A stretch of 64,000 nt of DNA from Candidatus Limosilactobacillus excrementigallinarum (GTDB lineage: Bacteria; Bacillota; Bacilli; Lactobacillales; Lactobacillaceae). Positions 59,499 through 64,000 of this stretch are shown piece after piece. The notes under the pieces were generated by a model. The model saw nothing but the letters and a program-made list of their open reading frames with translations, searched no databases and had not been told where the DNA came from. Both the position numbers and the translations under genes were made by a program. Every line of letters begins with the position of its first letter. Positions within the stretch are counted from its first letter, which is position 1. Location: NCBI GenBank assembly GCA_019117445.1, contig DWZS01000035.1:3188-67187 (forward strand). Reading direction: 5' to 3'.

Positions 59499-60872
59499 TT
59501 ATGCTAATGCTAATTGCAGCGTCTGACTAATGGTAGTTACCCCAACCACTTCAATGTTCTGCGGTGGCGTCCAGTTTTGCAAGTTATTTTTCGGGATAAA
59601 GATCCGCTTGAAACCTAACTTAGCTGCTTCGGCCACCCGTTGCTCGATCCGGTTGACCCGCCGAATTTCACCCGTTAGACCAACTTCACCCACAAACGCA
59701 TCCGTGGGCTTCGTGCCTTTATCACGGTAGGAAGAAGCAATTGCCACCGCGATTGCTAGATCAATTGCGGGTTCATCTAATTTCACACCACCAGCCGCTT
59801 TTAGATAGGCATCCTGATTTTGTAATAACAAATTAGCCCGCTTCTCTAAAACCGCCATAATTAATGAGACCCGATTACGACTTAACCCGGTTGCAGTCCG
59901 CTGCGCATTTCCAAATACGGACGGGGTGATTAAAGCTTGAATTTCAACTAAAATCGGGCGAGTCCCTTCCAGTGAAACCACTACTGCAGAACCCGTAGCA
60001 TCTTTGAGTCGCTCCTCCAAAAAGATTTCGGAAGGGTTCGCAACTTCTTTCAACCCCGTCCCGTTCATTTCAAAAATGCCTAACTCATTGGTTGAGCCAA
60101 ATCGATTTTTGACTGACCGTAGGATCCGGTAGGTGTGGTGAAGGTCCCCTTCAAAGTAGAGAACCGTATCCACCATGTGCTCCAAAATCTTGGGGCCGGC
60201 TAACACCCCACCTTTAGTGACGTGGCCCACCACAAACACGGTAATATTCTTGCCCTTGGCAATCTGCATTAGTTGGGCCGTCACTGCCCGAATTTGAGCA
60301 ACACTCCCGATTGCTGATGTGACATCGGTCGCTTGCATCGTCTGCACGGAGTCGATGACTACGTATTCCGGATTCATCTCATCAATGGTGGCCCGAATAC
60401 TATCCATGTTCGTTTCCGGATAGATATAAAAATCGTCACCAGACACGTCTAAACGTTGCGCCCGCATCTTAATTTGGTTAGCGCTCTCTTCACCAGAAAC
60501 GTACAGAACCGAGTGTCCTTCTTGGCTTAATTGCCCGGATACTTGCAACAACAGGGTCGATTTTCCGATTCCTGGATCACCACCAATTAACACTAACGAT
60601 CCCGGAACAATCCCACCACCGAGCACCCGGTTCAACTCATGGAGCTGCGTTTTGACCCGAGGTGTTTTTTGGGTATCGATTTCATTAATTCGTTGGGGTT
60701 TGGCAACAATCCCCGTTAGTGTCGTAGTCGTAGTTTTCGGCTGCTTAATTGTCGACTGATCCACTTCTTCGACTAGCGTATTCCATTGTCCACAGTTTGG
60801 GCACCGGCCTAAGAACCGTGGTGAAATGTAGCCACAATTTTGGCAAACAAAGTGTGTCTTGGATTTTGCCAT
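59499..60872 (-). CDS. radA: DNA repair protein RadA
   Basis: 457 aa: C4 zinc finger, GDPGIGKST Walker A, KNRFG, Lon-like C-terminus. Confidence 0.96.
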   Translation of the reverse strand: MAKSKTHFVCQNCGYISPRFLGRCPNCGQWNTLVEEVDQSTIKQPKTTTTTLTGIVAKPQRINEIDTQKTPRVKTQLHELNRVLGGGIVPGSLVLIGGDPGIGKSTLLLQVSGQLSQEGHSVLYVSGEESANQIKMRAQRLDVSGDDFYIYPETNMDSIRATIDEMNPEYVVIDSVQTMQATDVTSAIGSVAQIRAVTAQLMQIAKGKNITVFVVGHVTKGGVLAGPKILEHMVDTVLYFEGDLHHTYRILRSVKNRFGSTNELGIFEMNGTGLKEVANPSEIFLEERLKDATGSAVVVSLEGTRPILVEIQALITPSVFGNAQRTATGLSRNRVSLIMAVLEKRANLLLQNQDAYLKAAGGVKLDEPAIDLAIAVAIASSYRDKGTKPTDAFVGEVGLTGEIRRVNRIEQRVAEAAKLGFKRIFIPKNNLQNWTPPQNIEVVGVTTISQTLQLALA

Positions 60873-60886
60873 AATTTCAATCCCTC

Positions 60887-61423
60887 TTATTCTTTGGTTG
60901 AGCCGAAACCACCTTCCCGAACCGCTTGTGGTTGTTCTTCTTCATCCGCCGTTAAATATGGAACAAAGATTCCCTGCGCGATTCGTTCTCCCTTTTTGAT
61001 GTGATAGTCGGTCAACCCGTAATTAATTAATTGAACAAAGATTTCCCCTTCATTCGCCGGATTATCATAGTAATCCGCATCAATAATTCCGACGCCATTT
61101 GGTAAAATCAGGCGCCGCTTCAGGGGGCCGCTTGAGCGGTTAAAAAGCATTAATACCTCGTCCGGTTGCATGTAAGCTTTGATGCCGGTGGGTACCAGAT
61201 AAGGCTTCAAGCTCTGATCACCAGCAGTAATATCATCCGTCGTCAATTGGTCCTGGTGATGAATTTTCCATAAAGTTTTAATAAAGTTTCCCTTCCAAAT
61301 GGACGGCAGCACAAAATCTTCCGCTGCTTCGAAGTCGTAGCCAGCCGCTTGTTTAGTTTGCCGCTGTGGAAGATGGAGCCCTGCCTTCATTTTATGCGAA
61401 ACAATTTTAAATCCGCGTTGCAT
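60887..61423 (-). CDS. dut: dUTP diphosphatase
   Basis: 178 aa: [15 protein letters not shown] motifs. Confidence 0.85.
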   Translation of the reverse strand: MQRGFKIVSHKMKAGLHLPQRQTKQAAGYDFEAAEDFVLPSIWKGNFIKTLWKIHHQDQLTTDDITAGDQSLKPYLVPTGIKAYMQPDEVLMLFNRSSGPLKRRLILPNGVGIIDADYYDNPANEGEIFVQLINYGLTDYHIKKGERIAQGIFVPYLTADEEEQPQAVREGGFGSTKE

Positions 61424-61544
61424 AATTTCACCCCGTTTATCTGATTACTTATTAATTGTAACATGAACTTGGCTTGACTTTTATTATTAAAACAGTGACA
61501 ATTTAGTGTGCAAAAAGAGATCGTTAGAAGGGAGTGCGTTTCGC

Positions 61545-61838
61545 ATGCACTTGGTCGTTGCCGAGGACAAGATTAGTGCCCTGACGGATGATCAGCAGTG
61601 GGCCGGAGAAGTCAGCTTCTCACCGGTAACCCCTGACAGTAATCATGTCGTCGTTGAACGAGTTTTTGTGGTTCCAGAATTCCGCCATCGAGGGCTCGCC
61701 AGCCAGTTAATGGCACGCTTTGTTCAGCTTGCCACAGCAAAGCAGTGGATTGTCAAAATCATGTGTCCTTATGCCAAGCAATATTTCAAGTTGCATCCGG
61801 AAGCACAATCCGTCCTGTTGCCACAAGATCGATTTTAA
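61545..61838 (+). CDS. Small GNAT-family N-acetyltransferase (YjdJ-type single domain)
   Basis: About 97 aa: VERVFVVPEFRHRGLASQLM...CPYA. Start refined to the ATG at 61545. Confidence 0.65.
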   Translation: MHLVVAEDKISALTDDQQWAGEVSFSPVTPDSNHVVVERVFVVPEFRHRGLASQLMARFVQLATAKQWIVKIMCPYAKQYFKLHPEAQSVLLPQDRF

Positions 61839-61853
61839 AAGGAGATTATCATT

Positions 61854-62537
61854 ATGGATCAAAATGAATTAAAAGCCCAAGTGGGTAAAGAAGCCGTTAA
61901 GTACATTCAAGACGGCATGATTGTTGGACTGGGAACTGGTTCAACCGTGCGTTATATGGTCGACGCCCTTGGTGAACGGGTCAAAAATGAAGGCCTCAAG
62001 ATTGTTGGGGTAACAACCTCTAACCGGACTACTAAGCAAGCCGAATCACTCGGTATCACGATCAAGGACATTGATGATGTTGATCACATTGATCTTTGTA
62101 TCGATGGAGCTGACGAAGTCGATGATGACTTTAACGGGATCAAAGGGGGCGGTGGTGCCCTCCTTTGGGAAAAGATCGTTAATAATGCCTCAACTAAAAA
62201 GATCTGGATTGTTGATCAATCTAAGTTAGTTCCCCGGATTGGAGACTTTGGAGTTCCTGTGGAAGTTATTCCGTTTGGTGCTCAACACGTCTTTAACACC
62301 TTTGAAAAGAAGGGTTATAAGCCAGTTTGGCGAATGGATGGTGACCACAAGTACCGTACAGACGAAAATAACTTCATCATTGATATCCACCTTGGTCAAA
62401 TCGATGATCCTCATGCTCTTGCGGAAGATCTCATTCACACCGTTGGGGTGGTTGAACATGGTTTGTTCCTGAACCGGGTTGATGATGTAATTGTTGGTCG
62501 TGATAACGGTCCCGAAGTTTTGCACGCAACGAAATAG
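61854..62537 (+). CDS. rpiA: Ribose-5-phosphate isomerase A
   Basis: 227 aa: [26 protein letters not shown]. Confidence 0.95.
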   Translation: MDQNELKAQVGKEAVKYIQDGMIVGLGTGSTVRYMVDALGERVKNEGLKIVGVTTSNRTTKQAESLGITIKDIDDVDHIDLCIDGADEVDDDFNGIKGGGGALLWEKIVNNASTKKIWIVDQSKLVPRIGDFGVPVEVIPFGAQHVFNTFEKKGYKPVWRMDGDHKYRTDENNFIIDIHLGQIDDPHALAEDLIHTVGVVEHGLFLNRVDDVIVGRDNGPEVLHATK

Positions 62538-62548
62538 TTATTAATTTT

Positions 62549-62584
62549 CAGCGCTCATCAGTTTGTTCTGATGAGCGTTTTCTG
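62549..62584 (+). terminator. rpiA terminator
   Basis: AGCGCTCATCAG-TTTGTT-CTGATGAGCGTT followed by TTCTG. Confidence 0.75.
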
Positions 62585-62603
62585 AAAAAGGAGTTTGTTC
62601 ATA

Positions 62604-63218
62604 ATGGAAGAAAATACACGTAGAATGCTGAATGGTCAGCCCTATCGACCAGATTCTCCCGAATTAGACGCTTTCCACGAAATCGCTCACCGTCTTTGTC
62701 AAGATTACAATCAATTACGGGATATAGACACGACGCACCGCAATCAAATTATTGATCAACTGATGCCCCATCATGGGCAAGAACCATACCTACAGGGGCC
62801 AATCCAATTTGATTACGGTCGTTTTACCACCGTTGGCGATCATTTTTATGCTAATTTTAACCTGACCGTCTTGGACACCTGTCCAATTACCATCGGTGAT
62901 AACGTGATGCTAGGGCCTAACGTCAGTCTAATCACGGCAACCCACCCGCTTCGCTGGCAACAACGTAATCCCCGTCAACAAAGCGACGGCACCTTCACTG
63001 ATCTGGAACTGGGCCAACCAATTACCATCGGCAATAACTGTTGGTTTGGCAGCAACGTGACCGTTTGCCCCGGCGTCACCATCGGCGACGGCTGTGTAAT
63101 CGGAGCCGGTGCAGTGGTGACCCATGATATGCCCGCAAACTCATTAGTTGTTGGCGTTCCAGCACGGGCAGTTCGCCAGATTACCGAAAATGACCATCTG
63201 GATTCCTACCCCTATTAA
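62604..63218 (+). CDS. maa: Maltose/galactoside O-acetyltransferase (hexapeptide-repeat)
   Basis: About 204 aa: MLNGQPY N-terminal Mac motif and left-handed beta-helix repeats. Confidence 0.88.
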   Translation: MEENTRRMLNGQPYRPDSPELDAFHEIAHRLCQDYNQLRDIDTTHRNQIIDQLMPHHGQEPYLQGPIQFDYGRFTTVGDHFYANFNLTVLDTCPITIGDNVMLGPNVSLITATHPLRWQQRNPRQQSDGTFTDLELGQPITIGNNCWFGSNVTVCPGVTIGDGCVIGAGAVVTHDMPANSLVVGVPARAVRQITENDHLDSYPY

Positions 63219-63265
63219 ATAAATACGGTATAATGGTCTTTAATATCTTTAAAGGAGTGATTTTT

Positions 63266-64000
63266 GTGAGTTTTAAAATTACCAATGATGATCTGCAAGA
63301 CTTTGCCCAAGATTATCACAACCGACCTGCTGCAAAGGTCTTAGAAAATGCGGTCACTACAAATGGGGTCCGTGCCGCCAGTTTTAATTGGCATTCCATC
63401 GCGGATGATGCACCAGTCTTTTCGATTGACCTCGCCACTGGTGACGTCGCTGATCAAAAGCAATCTGGTCGTTGCTGGATGTTTGCGGCTTTAAATACGA
63501 TGCGTCATGAGATGCAGCAAAAGTTTAACTTGCCAGATAACTTTGAACTATCCCAATCCTATGCCTTTTTCTGGGACAAATTTGAAAAAGCCAACTGGTT
63601 TTACGAAAACATTATTAACACTGCTCAATTGCCGCTTGGTGACCGTAAAGTCGCATGGTTACTTGAAACACCGCAGCAAGACGGTGGCCAGTGGGACATG
63701 CTGTGTGCCCTCATCGAAAAGTACGGTGTCGTGCCAAAGTCAGCAATGCCTGAATCGTACAATTCTAGCCGGTCCAACGAAATTAACGCGGTGCTGAACA
63801 ACCAACTCCGGCATGATGCGGTCGTTTTACGGAAGCTAGTCAATGATCAGACAACGGATGATGAAATCAACTCCATTCGTAAACAAATGCTCAATAACGT
63901 TTACCGGATGCTTGCCTACGCATTTGGCGAACCAGTAACTAAATTTGACTTTGAATACCGGACGAAGAAGGATAAAGAATACCATCGCGACGCAGATCTA
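63266..64000 (+). CDS. pepC: Aminopeptidase C (C1-family bleomycin-hydrolase-like cysteine peptidase), 3' end outside the window
   Basis: GTG start after AAAGGAG. The frame is open to the window edge, which is why it is not in the ORF track. QKQSGRCWMFAALN is the active-site Cys motif. Confidence 0.9.
   Translation, partial: MSFKITNDDLQDFAQDYHNRPAAKVLENAVTTNGVRAASFNWHSIADDAPVFSIDLATGDVADQKQSGRCWMFAALNTMRHEMQQKFNLPDNFELSQSYAFFWDKFEKANWFYENIINTAQLPLGDRKVAWLLETPQQDGGQWDMLCALIEKYGVVPKSAMPESYNSSRSNEINAVLNNQLRHDAVVLRKLVNDQTTDDEINSIRKQMLNNVYRMLAYAFGEPVTKFDFEYRTKKDKEYHRDADL

Noticed and set aside
63507-63843. Track ORFs of 96 aa (+) and 72 aa (-) near the window end.
   Set aside because: Both lie inside the open-ended pepC frame (63266 to beyond 64000), which the track omits because it has no stop in the window.

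Overview
This is a 64-kb stretch of core chromosome from a low-GC Firmicute, most likely a Lactobacillaceae. The gene order is Bacillus-like: tsaB-rimI-tsaD / ydiF-type ABC-F / rex / groESL; tadA-SRP RNA-dnaX-ybaB-recR-yaaL-tmk-darA-holB-yabA-rsmI; radA-yacL-cysS-mrnC-rlmB-sigH-rpmG-secE-nusG-rplKA...rplJL. I call about 60 protein genes. Nearly all are recognisable housekeeping or central-metabolism functions: GroESL, Rex, pyruvate carboxylase + BirA, GalE, ppx-ppk-ppx, NrdHEF, AdhE, an alpha-galactosidase/GPH permease cluster with a LacI regulator, hom-thrB/thrC, ribosomal proteins, CysRS, RadA, RpiA and PepC. There is one small SRP RNA. Three short genes are missing from the ORF track: secE, rpmG and a 24-codon leader peptide. 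I found no rRNA or tRNA genes, IS elements, prophage, CRISPR array, toxin-antitoxin pair or defence island. I also found no novel multi-gene protein system, and the window reads as an ordinary core region. What merits a second look is mostly regulatory or RNA-level. (1) A trp-style leader-peptide attenuator with an SSSSTSSS codon run lies upstream of a SteT-like Ser/Thr exchanger. (2) A candidate about 150-nt sRNA with C-rich loops and its own terminator is encoded opposite to cysS. (3) A perfectly two-fold-symmetric pair of overlapping divergent promoters sits between hom-thrB and thrC. (4) A steT-hemH-mntH block splits the normally contiguous rplKA/rplJL cluster, and hemH and mntH overlap by 20 nt. 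(5) A small membrane ORF is translationally coupled to kimA. All coordinates and motifs were read by eye. All homology calls rest on recalled family signatures, not on searches.
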